A DNA stretch of 50,148 nucleotides from a virus (Duplodnaviria; Caudoviricetes). Below the pieces are notes generated by a model. The model ran no database searches, was not told the origin of the DNA, and saw only the letters and a list, made by a program, of their open reading frames with translations. Of this stretch, positions 1-8,007 are shown piece after piece. The translations under genes were made by a program, and so were the position numbers. The stretch's first letter is position 1. Each line of letters opens with the position of its first letter. Location: positions 1-50,148 of the IMG/VR virus record IMGVR_UViG_3300025030_001570; one strand, written 5' to 3'.

Positions 1-149
1 TATTAGTCTTGATTATAATTATTTATCTATTTACTCAAATATCGGGCATAGAACACCTATGCACCGATGTGATTGGGGGTGAATGTGTCTAATTTTCAAG
101 AAGAGGCGAAAGTGGAAGTTACTTTATTGAATCAGTATCTGAAACCCTT
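1..149. repeat. Terminal direct repeat / circular-assembly overlap, left copy
   Basis: Bases 1-149 match 50000-50148 except T23 vs C50022, implying a unit genome of 49,999 bp. Confidence 0.95.
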
Positions 150-360
150 ACTTGGTAAAAGGGTGGAAGTTGATTATTTACAATCTATTGACTGGTTTAA
201 TAAAAGTGGCAAAGAACGTGGATGGTTGGTAGAAAAAGAAGGTATCTACTACTTATTCAAAAATAGAAATAGCACAAAGGCCAAATCTGTTACGTTTGGT
301 TTATATGACGGATTTGCTTCAACTATAACAATTAAACCAGAAGGAATAAGGATAGTTTGA
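85..360 (+). CDS. Hypothetical early protein
   Basis: ORF 73..360; GTG at 85 follows SD-like GGGGGTGA and overlaps the stop of the junction-spanning ORF. Confidence 0.7.
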   Translation: MSNFQEEAKVEVTLLNQYLKPLLGKRVEVDYLQSIDWFNKSGKERGWLVEKEGIYYLFKNRNSTKAKSVTFGLYDGFASTITIKPEGIRIV

Positions 361-473
361 TGTGTGAAGTCTGCAAAAGACGATGTAATCTAAAATGTCA
401 GTGTGGAAAAGTATTATGTCACCAACATTTTATTTTACCTTGTTACAAACAACACAAAAGGAATAAGAAATGA
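360..473 (+). CDS. Small Cys/His zinc-finger protein (AN1/B-box-like), 37 aa
   Basis: Manual translation MCEVCKRRCNLKCQCGKVLCHQHFILPCYKQHKRNKK; overlaps both neighbours (TGATG, ATGA). Confidence 0.6.
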   Translation: MCEVCKRRCNLKCQCGKVLCHQHFILPCYKQHKRNKK

Positions 474-760
474 GAAATAAAAAAGGAATCTGTGCTTACT
501 CTAAATGTAAAGAACACGAAGCATATTTCGATGGTCAGCAAGAATGTTGGAAGTCAATCAAAAACTGGGAACAAGAATTTGATGAAAAGTTTACTGAGCA
601 AAAAGAAGTCAAAAGAGTTATAGAGATTAAACCGTGGTTTTCTACTTTTCAATACCCCGTTATAACTTTTTTGAAGCCAGATCAAGACGGAGAATTGGGA
701 GAAGAAATTAAATCTTTCATTAGAGAAAAATTAAATACAGTTGGAGGTAAGTGTGTCTGA
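470..760 (+). CDS. Hypothetical protein
   Basis: 96-aa ORF with ATGA coupling to the upstream ORF. Confidence 0.7.
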   Translation: MRNKKGICAYSKCKEHEAYFDGQQECWKSIKNWEQEFDEKFTEQKEVKRVIEIKPWFSTFQYPVITFLKPDQDGELGEEIKSFIREKLNTVGGKCV

Positions 761-798
761 AGTATGTGTGGAGTATGTTGGAGGGAAGTGCATTTAAT

Positions 799-882
799 AT
801 GAAACTAACTATATTTTTGGCTGCGGCAGTTATTATTACTTTAGCTGCGTGGAAGGTAGGCGAGATCATAAGTTCACTTTAG
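799..882 (+). CDS. Small single-pass membrane peptide, 27 aa
   Basis: MKLTIFLAAAVIITLAAWKVGEIISSL; GGAGG upstream. Confidence 0.5.
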   Translation: MKLTIFLAAAVIITLAAWKVGEIISSL

Positions 883-893
883 AAAGGGGGTCA

Positions 894-1019
894 ATGTATT
901 TAATGTTATTGGGAATCTTAATTGGCATTATATTAGCGACTATCGTTAATTACTTTTTGTTCAAACACTTTGATAAAAAGATTAAAAATATTACAGATAA
1001 AACTATCTGGGAAAAATAG
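894..1019 (+). CDS. Small single-pass membrane protein, 41 aa
   Basis: MYLMLLGILIGIILATIVNYFLFKHFDKKIK...; AGGGGG SD directly upstream. Confidence 0.6.
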   Translation: MYLMLLGILIGIILATIVNYFLFKHFDKKIKNITDKTIWEK

Positions 1020-1033
1020 AAAGGGGGTGAACC

Positions 1034-1240
1034 ATGAAAAACTTACTGTCCATCAACAATATAATTATCGCTGGCATTGCTTTAGTTATATTGCTCTCTG
1101 GAGTGAGACTGTATCAGTTAAACGCCAGGAATATAACTTGGTGTTTGACTCACTCTTACAGTTGTGATATTGCAAGACTGGAGAGTGTAAAAGGAGAGCT
1201 CGAGAAGGTAAATGAAATCAATTTACCGACTGCTAAATAG
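1034..1240 (+). CDS. Small membrane-anchored protein
   Basis: N-terminal hydrophobic helix IIIAGIALVILLSGV; SD AAGGGGGTGA. Confidence 0.7.
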   Translation: MKNLLSINNIIIAGIALVILLSGVRLYQLNARNITWCLTHSYSCDIARLESVKGELEKVNEINLPTAK

Positions 1241-1327
1241 AAGAAGCGAGAGAGGTCATTTTCTAATTGCTTCTGGAATATGTGTAACAACAATTCTGGG
1301 AGTAACTAAAAGATTAGTAAATAAGTA

Positions 1328-1356
1328 TTGACAAATGTGTGTATGTGTGAAATAAT
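1328..1356 (+). promoter_or_regulatory. Sigma70-type promoter
   Basis: TTGACA (1328-1333), 17-nt spacer, AATAAT; preceded by a hairpin at about 1266-1305. Confidence 0.6.
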
Positions 1357-1376
1357 GTATATTGGAGGTGGTAAGT

Positions 1377-1580
1377 ATGACTGAACAACAGCTTAAAAAC
1401 TATCTACACTCACAAAGCAAGGCCCTTGACACTATTTTTAGTAGTGAGGGTGCAAGAAAAAGCAGAATAAAAAAGGTTCTACAACATCTACAAGATGAAT
1501 TTGGCAACGGTTATATAAAGGTAGAGTATGTGGAAAGAGACAAAAAGGACTGGGAAGGTGGGTTTGAATACCCTGAATAG
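1377..1580 (+). CDS. Hypothetical protein
   Basis: ORF 1362..1580; ATG at 1377 follows GGAGGTG. Confidence 0.65.
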   Translation: MTEQQLKNYLHSQSKALDTIFSSEGARKSRIKKVLQHLQDEFGNGYIKVEYVERDKKDWEGGFEYPE

Positions 1581-1582
1581 CT

Positions 1583-2359
1583 ATGTGGGAACAAACTAAT
1601 TACCTAGAAACTAAATTGCACGAATACTTTAAAAAAACCTATACAGAAAGGAAAAGAGACAAACTTTCGGCCTCTGATACAGGCTGTGTACTACATAGGC
1701 AATTAAAACTTTGGAATGTGGAACCAGACCGCCCTTTAACTTTCGATCAGATGTTAATTTTTGACTTCGGCAATATGGTTCACTGGTTCTTGCAGGAGAG
1801 GTTGAAAGACGCAGATATATTGGAGATGAAAGAGGTTGAACTAGAAGATGAGTTAACCATTGGACATGCTGACGCACTAGTCAAAGAAGATGGTCTGCTT
1901 GTACCTTATGAGTTTAAAAGCACAAAAGACTATTCAATAGACAGAATAGTCAAGGAAGGCCAGCCGCAGGAGCAACACATAAAACAACTGATTGGTGGTT
2001 ATATGAGACTGCTTAAAAAGCAGAACATTAAGAATTTAGCTAACTTCGGCAAGATAGTATATTTAGCTAAGTGCTTTGATGACTCGCACCGAAATATATT
2101 ATATAAAGGCAAAGAATTAGGAGAGGGTAAAACCATTTTAAGATTTGTAGAGTTCAAGGGAGAGTATGATCCTAAGCTGGCTGAGTATGTGGAAGAAGAA
2201 AACAAAAAGATTATGGCAAACGTGAAAGCAAAAACTCCCCTGCCGTGCAGTGAGTGGAATAAAGTTTATCATAAAGATACACGTTGGAATCAATATATTA
2301 GCTGGTGTTCTAAAACATCAGAAGAAAATCAAAGGAGGTTAAATGAAATTCAGGGATAA
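1583..2359 (+). CDS. PD-(D/E)XK nuclease, Cas4/RecB-like exonuclease
   Basis: LSASDTGC, FDFGNMVH, GHADAL...EFKS and QL..YM motifs; C-terminal Cys pair. Confidence 0.8.
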   Translation: MWEQTNYLETKLHEYFKKTYTERKRDKLSASDTGCVLHRQLKLWNVEPDRPLTFDQMLIFDFGNMVHWFLQERLKDADILEMKEVELEDELTIGHADALVKEDGLLVPYEFKSTKDYSIDRIVKEGQPQEQHIKQLIGGYMRLLKKQNIKNLANFGKIVYLAKCFDDSHRNILYKGKELGEGKTILRFVEFKGEYDPKLAEYVEEENKKIMANVKAKTPLPCSEWNKVYHKDTRWNQYISWCSKTSEENQRRLNEIQG

Positions 2360-2576
2360 AAAAGATGTGCCGCTTTTAGATTGGGAGGTAAAAGCTGAAA
2401 ATCCATGTGATAGATGCGGAAACCAATCCCACCATTATAATTCCTTATACTTTCCGTATAAAGGTGTACGTATATACTTATGTGATATTTGCTTCTTAGG
2501 TATAGCTTTAGGATTAAAATTCGATATAGAAAAAGTTATTAAAAAGGAGACAAATGATAATTTGCTCAATACATGA
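2343..2576 (+). CDS. Zn-ribbon hypothetical protein
   Basis: CDRC...CDIC. Confidence 0.6.
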   Translation: MKFRDKKDVPLLDWEVKAENPCDRCGNQSHHYNSLYFPYKGVRIYLCDICFLGIALGLKFDIEKVIKKETNDNLLNT

Positions 2577-2961
2577 GGGTAAAGAACTAAACAAAGTAAC
2601 TAAAAACAAAGGCATCCCATACCATTGGATTAAAGATGCAGAAAGCGAAACAGGCTTTTCTATGTGCTATGGGGGGGATAAACCCATAACCAAAGAGTCT
2701 GTGCCACAAGCCCAAGTTAAAGCCCCAGACCCAGATAAGATGACCAAAGAAGAGTGGGCGCAAAAAGATAAAACAAAAAATGAGATTATTGCTCGAATGA
2801 GTGTAGGGAAAGAGTTTATTAGTCAAGCGATGAGTCCAACCCAAGCAGCTCAGGAAGGCCACATGCTTGAATGGATACATTTTTATTTAACAGGCGAAAT
2901 TACTGACAATCTTATAAACGAAGACGCAGTTGCTGAGCTGATTGAGGAGGAAGATGCCTAA
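2554..2961 (+). CDS. Hypothetical protein
   Basis: 135-aa ORF with AAGGAG SD. Confidence 0.7.
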   Translation: MIICSIHEGKELNKVTKNKGIPYHWIKDAESETGFSMCYGGDKPITKESVPQAQVKAPDPDKMTKEEWAQKDKTKNEIIARMSVGKEFISQAMSPTQAAQEGHMLEWIHFYLTGEITDNLINEDAVAELIEEEDA

Positions 2962-3166
2962 ATATTATGGGATTAGACGTTTGTCTGAAAGATTAGCCGA
3001 TGAAGGCTTGCCATCTACTCGTATCTGGATATATAAGATGATTAAGAAAGGTAAATTAACCTTGCCGAAACATGCTTTTAGCAACTCTCGGTATGCTTTA
3101 ACCGAGGATATTATATCCGATATAGTAAATTCTCTAAAAACTAAAGGGGAGTGGCCGATTAAATGA
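2954..3166 (+). CDS. Helix-turn-helix DNA-binding protein (excisionase/MerR-like)
   Basis: YYGIRRLSERL...TRIWIYKMIKKGKL pattern; ATG after GAGGAGG. Confidence 0.55.
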   Translation: MPKYYGIRRLSERLADEGLPSTRIWIYKMIKKGKLTLPKHAFSNSRYALTEDIISDIVNSLKTKGEWPIK

Positions 3167-3534
3167 AACCCGTCTACGATTCTATTCTAAGAATAGGCAG
3201 TCAGGATTTAGTTCCAATCGGGGATCATTACCGCTTTGTAATAGCCGAGACCATGCCGCACACAGGCTGTAAGTTTAAGTTCTCCATAAGAGAACGGATC
3301 ATTCAGGAAATGATAAAGAGGGGTAAGAGATTAGAAGTTAGGTTCGCTGAACACCCTGATCTTGAGTTTAACCTTAATCCTCTTCAGTGGAGAAATTTAG
3401 GGGAAAAGAAATATGAAGTCAAACTGTTTAAGAACAATCCAATGCCTGTGTTTTATTACTATGTTGGGTTTAACAATCAATTAGTTAACAAGCCTGATAC
3501 CAAACAAGCCGAAGGGCAAGGTGCTTTTATATAA
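3163..3534 (+). CDS. Hypothetical protein
   Basis: 123-aa ORF coupled to the upstream gene. Confidence 0.65.
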   Translation: MKPVYDSILRIGSQDLVPIGDHYRFVIAETMPHTGCKFKFSIRERIIQEMIKRGKRLEVRFAEHPDLEFNLNPLQWRNLGEKKYEVKLFKNNPMPVFYYYVGFNNQLVNKPDTKQAEGQGAFI

Positions 3535-3638
3535 TATGAAAAATAAAACAAGATTCAACTTAAATAATAAAGACTGGCTTAAGGTAGATAAAATCACCAT
3601 AGCCAAAATCACTGGCAGATATGATTGGTGGGAGGCTA

Positions 3639-4256
3639 ATGATAAAGAAGAAGAAAATTAAAATTCAGATAGTTAGTTGGTTAAATGGAAGTGTATTATT
3701 TGAATACGAAAGTAATGATAATACTATTAAACAAACCCTAGAAAAAGCGGTCAGTAAGAATGCTAACCTGGGGGGTGCTAACCTGCGGAATGCTGACCTG
3801 TGGGATGCTGACCTGCGGGGTGCTGACCTGCGGAATGCTGACCTGTGGGATGCTGACCTGCGGGGTGCTAACCTGGGGGGTGCTAACCTGCGGAATGCTG
3901 ACCTGTGGGATGCTGACCTGCGGGGTGCTAACCTGGGGGGTGCTAACCTGCGGAATGCTGACCTGTGGGGTGCTAACCTGCGGGGTGCTAAAAACATAAG
4001 TAGCGACCAAACCGATTACTGGTGGCACATACATCACGAAACATTATATGAGTATCTAACTGAACCTATAAGAGCCAGAATTAACTATATTAAAAAGGAA
4101 AAACCAAAAAAAGAGGTTGAGTTAAGACTAAAACTATTGAAGCCTGTTTTGGGTAAAATTCCTACTACGGAAAAAGGTTGGGAAGCACTGCATCAAAGGG
4201 AATGTAAAGATTGTAGTTGGAATTCAAAACAACAGACAATTTTCCCTAAAAAATAA
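3639..4256 (+). CDS. Pentapeptide-repeat protein
   Basis: About 15 A(D/N)Lxx repeats; likely start at ATG 3639 after GGAGG. Confidence 0.9.
   Translation: MIKKKKIKIQIVSWLNGSVLFEYESNDNTIKQTLEKAVSKNANLGGANLRNADLWDADLRGADLRNADLWDADLRGANLGGANLRNADLWDADLRGANLGGANLRNADLWGANLRGAKNISSDQTDYWWHIHHETLYEYLTEPIRARINYIKKEKPKKEVELRLKLLKPVLGKIPTTEKGWEALHQRECKDCSWNSKQQTIFPKK
3762..3989 (+). repeat. 15-bp coding tandem repeat (GCTRACCTGNGGRRT)
   Basis: Directly visible; encodes the pentapeptide units. Confidence 0.9.
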
Positions 4257-4257
4257 T

Positions 4258-4368
4258 ATGAAATTAGGAACTCAACATACATTAGAAACGAAACTAAGAA
4301 TTTCTAAATCAAGAATGGAACACGGTAAATCTAGGACTCCAACATATCGTTCGTGGGGAGGAAGTTAA
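4258..4368 (+). pseudogene. Truncated homing-endonuclease remnant (NUMOD3-like plus start of an HNH-associated segment)
   Basis: MKLGTQHTLETKLRISKSRMEHGKSRTPTYRSWGGS* stops where such proteins normally continue. Confidence 0.5.
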
Positions 4369-4380
4369 AAGAAAATTAGA

Positions 4381-5400
4381 ATGAAATATGTCGACCTTTT
4401 CGCTGGAATTGGAGGATTCAGACTTGGAATTGAAAGGGCTTTTGAAAAGAAAGCGGAACGAGTATGGAAAGAAAGTTCGCAAAGAGTACGAAGCAAAGCG
4501 ATTGCAGGTGAGCCTCAAGGAACTTCGAGATTGGACTATAGTGGAACAGAAACACAGCAACACGATTTCAGGAGTCCAGATAGACAATTTACTTGTGTTT
4601 ATACCAACGAATGGGATAAATATGCAGCACAAATATATGAAAAAAACTTCAAAACCAAAGTCGATACAAGAGACATTACTACCGTTAGAACAGACGAAAT
4701 CCCCGACCACGACCTCTTATGTGCGGGATTTCCTTGCCAAGCATTTAGTGTCGCTGGAAAGCGTAGAGGATTTGACGACACCAGAGGGACTCTATTTTTT
4801 GACATCGCTAGGATTCTCAAGGACAAAAGACCCAGATATTTTCTACTCGAAAACGTCAAAGGTTTACTTTCTCACGACTCCGGAAAAACTTTCCAGACAA
4901 TACTTGGGGTTCTCTCCGATTTGGGGTATGAGTATCAATGGCAGGTTCTTAACAGCAAAGACTTCGGGGTCCCCCAGAATAGGGAAAGAGTGTTCATTAT
5001 CGGACATCTTAGAGGAACAAGTCGACCAGAAGTATTTCCTATCGGAGGAAGTGGTAAGTCGAATGATAACCAAATTACGAGTAATGCCATTGACACAAAC
5101 TACTGGAAAGGTATTGACAACCACGGCCAAAGGACAATGATTTCGGATTCATTACACGGATTCGGTCACGGTTGGCAAGGATACCATAATAAGAAAGCGG
5201 TAAAAATGGGATTGATAAGACGCTTAACCCCAACCGAGTGTGAAAGATTACAAGGCTTTCCGGATGGCTGGACTGAGGGAGTTAGTGACACACAAAGGTA
5301 TAAAATGTTAGGAAACGCTGTAACTGTAAATGTGGTAGAAGAAGTAATTAAAAGAATGTTTTTAGAAACCACTAAGGCTTTGTTGGAGGGTTTAGAATGA
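4381..5400 (+). CDS. DNA (cytosine-5)-methyltransferase
   Basis: Motif I DLFAGIGG, IV GFPCQ, VI ENVKG, VIII QNRER, IX RRLTPTECERLQGFP, X YKMLGNAV. Confidence 0.95.
   Translation: MKYVDLFAGIGGFRLGIERAFEKKAERVWKESSQRVRSKAIAGEPQGTSRLDYSGTETQQHDFRSPDRQFTCVYTNEWDKYAAQIYEKNFKTKVDTRDITTVRTDEIPDHDLLCAGFPCQAFSVAGKRRGFDDTRGTLFFDIARILKDKRPRYFLLENVKGLLSHDSGKTFQTILGVLSDLGYEYQWQVLNSKDFGVPQNRERVFIIGHLRGTSRPEVFPIGGSGKSNDNQITSNAIDTNYWKGIDNHGQRTMISDSLHGFGHGWQGYHNKKAVKMGLIRRLTPTECERLQGFPDGWTEGVSDTQRYKMLGNAVTVNVVEEVIKRMFLETTKALLEGLE
4388..5140 (+). CDS. Overprinted +1-frame polypeptide inside the MTase gene, probable second MTase subunit
   Basis: 250 codons open; contains SNTISGVQIDNLL and SLSDILEEQVDQKYFLS, resembling C5-MTase variable-region segments. 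Confidence 0.65.
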   Translation: MSTFSLELEDSDLELKGLLKRKRNEYGKKVRKEYEAKRLQVSLKELRDWTIVEQKHSNTISGVQIDNLLVFIPTNGINMQHKYMKKTSKPKSIQETLLPLEQTKSPTTTSYVRDFLAKHLVSLESVEDLTTPEGLYFLTSLGFSRTKDPDIFYSKTSKVYFLTTPEKLSRQYLGFSPIWGMSINGRFLTAKTSGSPRIGKECSLSDILEEQVDQKYFLSEEVVSRMITKLRVMPLTQTTGKVLTTTAKGQ

Positions 5401-5564
5401 AACCAAATATATGGGTAACAAAAAAATCTAGTGTTAGTTTAAGAAACAAAATCACTAATGATTGGGGTAAAAGATGTCCTAAATTTTTTACTTTATGTCA
5501 TGTTTGTATGGCACATTTAGCCGTAGATATTCTGACTGACCTGTATAAATTTGCTGACGAATAG
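5397..5564 (+). CDS. Small Cys-containing hypothetical protein, 55 aa
   Basis: ATGA overlap with the MTase stop; WGKRCP...CHVC. Confidence 0.55.
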   Translation: MKPNIWVTKKSSVSLRNKITNDWGKRCPKFFTLCHVCMAHLAVDILTDLYKFADE

Positions 5565-5587
5565 TATAATGTATTAGCACCTTATTC

Positions 5588-5766
5588 ATGGGGGCTGGGA
5601 GTTCATCTCCTTTCATTGAGCAAACAACGCTTATTGGGCAGGTAAGCGACTCATTTTCACTGCATTCTTCCAGCCTCCGTCATTATTTGCTTACTTAAAC
5701 AGCTTATAATTTGCATCAGTGGTAGGCAGGGACAGGCTTATCACTGCTGGAGCTTATATTAGCTCA
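5588..5766 (+). ncRNA. Candidate structured RNA or leader
   Basis: Stems 5590-5601/5667-5678, 5628-5634/5642-5648 and 5717-5727/5736-5746 with G-U pairs; downstream of TATAAT at 5565. Confidence 0.4.
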
Positions 5767-5783
5767 AGTCTATTAGTACTAAG

Positions 5784-6299
5784 GTGAACCTGGCAAGATG
5801 GGTGGTCCTATTGTCAGTCCTACTGGGTTTGCTATTTGCTCTAACAGGATTAGCGGAGAGTTGGCATAAAGAAAAGAACGAGAAAGAAGAGATAAAAGTT
5901 AAGCTAGAGCAAATACAAAAACAGTATGAACAACTAAAGATATCTAAGACGGCATCCTCGCCAAAGAAAGTAGCCGCCACTACTACGTCAAAACCCCAAA
6001 CAAAACAAGCGGTTGTCATTCCTGTGGACAAACAAGTTATTGCTGATTATATAAGGAGCAAATTCAAGTCTGAATACGCCGTTAGAATTGCAGTCTGTGA
6101 GTCAGGTTTAAATCCTCAAGCAACAGGTAGTGCCCTTGAGCGTGGTATCTTCCAAATTCACCCAGTACATGCCGTAAGTATGACAAAGGCAGGCTTTACT
6201 TGGGCCTCTATGTACAACTGGAAAAGTAATGTTGACTACGCTTATCTTCTTTATTCTTGGCATGGCTGGTCGCCGTGGAGCTGTAGGAATTATGTCTAA
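5784..6299 (+). CDS. Membrane-anchored lytic transglycosylase (SLT/lysozyme-like)
   Basis: N-terminal TM, coiled coil, IAVCESG catalytic Glu, GIFQI, GWSPWSC. Confidence 0.8.
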   Translation: MNLARWVVLLSVLLGLLFALTGLAESWHKEKNEKEEIKVKLEQIQKQYEQLKISKTASSPKKVAATTTSKPQTKQAVVIPVDKQVIADYIRSKFKSEYAVRIAVCESGLNPQATGSALERGIFQIHPVHAVSMTKAGFTWASMYNWKSNVDYAYLLYSWHGWSPWSCRNYV

Positions 6300-6325
6300 A
6301 GGAGTATAATTTATAAGAGGGCATT

Positions 6326-6496
6326 ATGAAAGACTTTGTCGCTTTGTTTGTCCTAGTCACCGCCGCCGCTGTCATTACAGGAGCGGTTTGGAGCATGGTT
6401 ACTTTTCTTTTAATCACCGACTTTCTGGTGGGCATAGTGGTAGCAGTGATGTTTATTATTCTTGGCGTAGTTACTTGGTTTGTTTGGTATGAATGA
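6326..6496 (+). CDS. Two-TM membrane protein, 56 aa
   Basis: MKDFVALFVLVTAAAVITGAVWSMVTFLLITDFLVGIVVAVMFIILGVVTWFVWYE; GAGG upstream. Confidence 0.6.
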   Translation: MKDFVALFVLVTAAAVITGAVWSMVTFLLITDFLVGIVVAVMFIILGVVTWFVWYE

Positions 6497-6571
6497 ATTT
6501 ATTTACTCGATAAGAATGTTTATTTTAAGATTAGAGGCCAGATTATCTAATTGGTTATATAAGAAGTTAGG

Positions 6572-6850
6572 ATGAGTAATCGTTATTATGTTAGAGGGGT
6601 TAACGCTGAAAGAGAAGCTAAGAGGATATTAGAAAATGAATGGGGATGTGAAGTCTTTAGAACAGCGGGAAGCCATTCCAGAGCGGATTTAATAGCGGTG
6701 ATGAAGCTTGGAGAAGGCGGCTTTTACACAAGATTGATACAGATTAAGACTTGCAAGGAGAAGGATTTAAACAAGTATCGAAAGGAGAAAGAGGAAGATG
6801 TTGAACTATGGATCAAGATTCTAAACAAGGGCTGGGAAATAATAATATGA
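6572..6850 (+). CDS. Holliday-junction resolvase, Hjc-type
   Basis: G...ERE.K..L...G..VFRTAGS...ADLIA...LIQIK PD-(D/E)XK pattern. Confidence 0.75.
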   Translation: MSNRYYVRGVNAEREAKRILENEWGCEVFRTAGSHSRADLIAVMKLGEGGFYTRLIQIKTCKEKDLNKYRKEKEEDVELWIKILNKGWEIII

Positions 6851-7084
6851 CAGATAAAAACAGGTGGGCATATATGTGTATTATTAAAGACTGCAAAGAG
6901 AGGATAGTAGTGGTTGATCCAGAAGTTTCCAAAGCGTGGTGCAGTAGGCACCTCCCACCGCTTTAATATGTCATTAAAGGCTGACCTTTCAGTCAGGCAA
7001 TTAGGCCATAGATTATAACTTTTACTCTGGTACTGCAACCTAATTGTCTGATTGAGAGATTAGTAGAAAGGAAGGGAGTATGAG

Positions 7085-7279
7085 ATGGTCAACGTCATCT
7101 TGGTTACCGACACGGGTTTCCTGTTCTGCTTCCTTCCCGTCAAGAACATCGAAGATGCCGACAGGCAAGTGAAGCAAAGACCGAAAGGGAAGATACTCGT
7201 CTTTGAGGTAACTGTTGGGGACCGCACTGTCGAAGCACAAGACATACTGATAGCGTACGCAGGGGAGGTGTGTCATTGA
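7085..7279 (+). CDS. Hypothetical protein
   Basis: 64-aa ORF after purine-rich SD GAAGGGAG. Confidence 0.55.
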   Translation: MVNVILVTDTGFLFCFLPVKNIEDADRQVKQRPKGKILVFEVTVGDRTVEAQDILIAYAGEVCH

Positions 7280-7553
7280 CTCGGCAGAGTTCATCCAAAG
7301 ACTTGCACACGTTGCGATTCACTACCTTGTCTTACTGGACGAACCTTTGGTGGGGGATTCTCTGGTACCAGTTTCTCTACTGTCTCGTAGTCTCTGGGAC
7401 TGTTACATTGATCTTATCGAGGGATTCCCAGAGACAAAAGGTGAGGCTGATTTTATCATCGAAACCGTTAGAGATTACAAACGAGGAAAAATCAGCGTTG
7501 AACGAGCCTTCCAACGGATCGAGGAGAGCGTGAAATGGACTACTCATAAATAG
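7275..7553 (+). CDS. Hypothetical helical protein, possible ATT start
   Basis: Frame of ORF 7347..7553 extends back to ATT at 7275, just after GGAGGTG; ends at a hairpin. Confidence 0.45.
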   Translation: MDSAEFIQRLAHVAIHYLVLLDEPLVGDSLVPVSLLSRSLWDCYIDLIEGFPETKGEADFIIETVRDYKRGKISVERAFQRIEESVKWTTHK

Positions 7554-7696
7554 CCAAACCTCCCTTTGGCTAGGTGGTTGGATTGTTCAAAGCAGGTGTC
7601 GTCTTGCTGAGAAAGTCTGACCACCGAGACAATTACTAGGGCAGGAATAAGGGCGTACCGACCTCCAGTCGCCGCACCCCTACCTTATTCTTGCCC
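7551..7696 (+). other. Cluster of three hairpins (terminator or structured RNA)
   Basis: 7551-7558/7565-7572; 7573-7583/7615-7625; 7639-7652/7683-7696. Confidence 0.55.
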
Positions 7697-7706
7697 CTCA
7701 TTTAAT

Positions 7707-7958
7707 ATGAAAAATTATACTGTCAAGGTTATAACCTCAAAAGGTAATAGCAGACTGTCAACCAAGAGTATTCGTAGGTTTCTCACTTATATACGCACGA
7801 TTAACTGGGATAGGAACCTGAAAAAGGTCTATCTTAAAGTCTATTATGGTAAGCAAAAGGATGTATTTGGCAAACTATCCCAATTTCATAACGAAGGTTG
7901 GTACACTAAGGAAAATGAATTTTGGCAAGCGTTCACGGCGTTTAATGAGGTTAGTTAA
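7707..7958 (+). CDS. Hypothetical basic protein
   Basis: 83-aa ORF, last + strand gene before the convergent late region. Confidence 0.65.
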   Translation: MKNYTVKVITSKGNSRLSTKSIRRFLTYIRTINWDRNLKKVYLKVYYGKQKDVFGKLSQFHNEGWYTKENEFWQAFTAFNEVS

Positions 7959-8007
7959 CCCATAGTAATAAACATTGAAAATATATTAGAAATTTCTTTG
8001 GAGAGTT

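Noticed and set aside
3762-3989. Possible CRISPR array near the Cas4-like nuclease
   Set aside because: Repeats are contiguous 15-mers without spacers and are coding; no array or other cas genes seen, so the nuclease is a solo phage type
3665-4037. Overlapping repeat ORFs (PQVSI, LTCGM, RRLAP)
   Set aside because: Alternative frames of the 15-bp pentapeptide repeat
7270-7533. 87-aa ORF as the true gene of this segment
   Set aside because: The overlapping frame ending at 7553 looks more protein-like and ends at a hairpin; the choice remains uncertain
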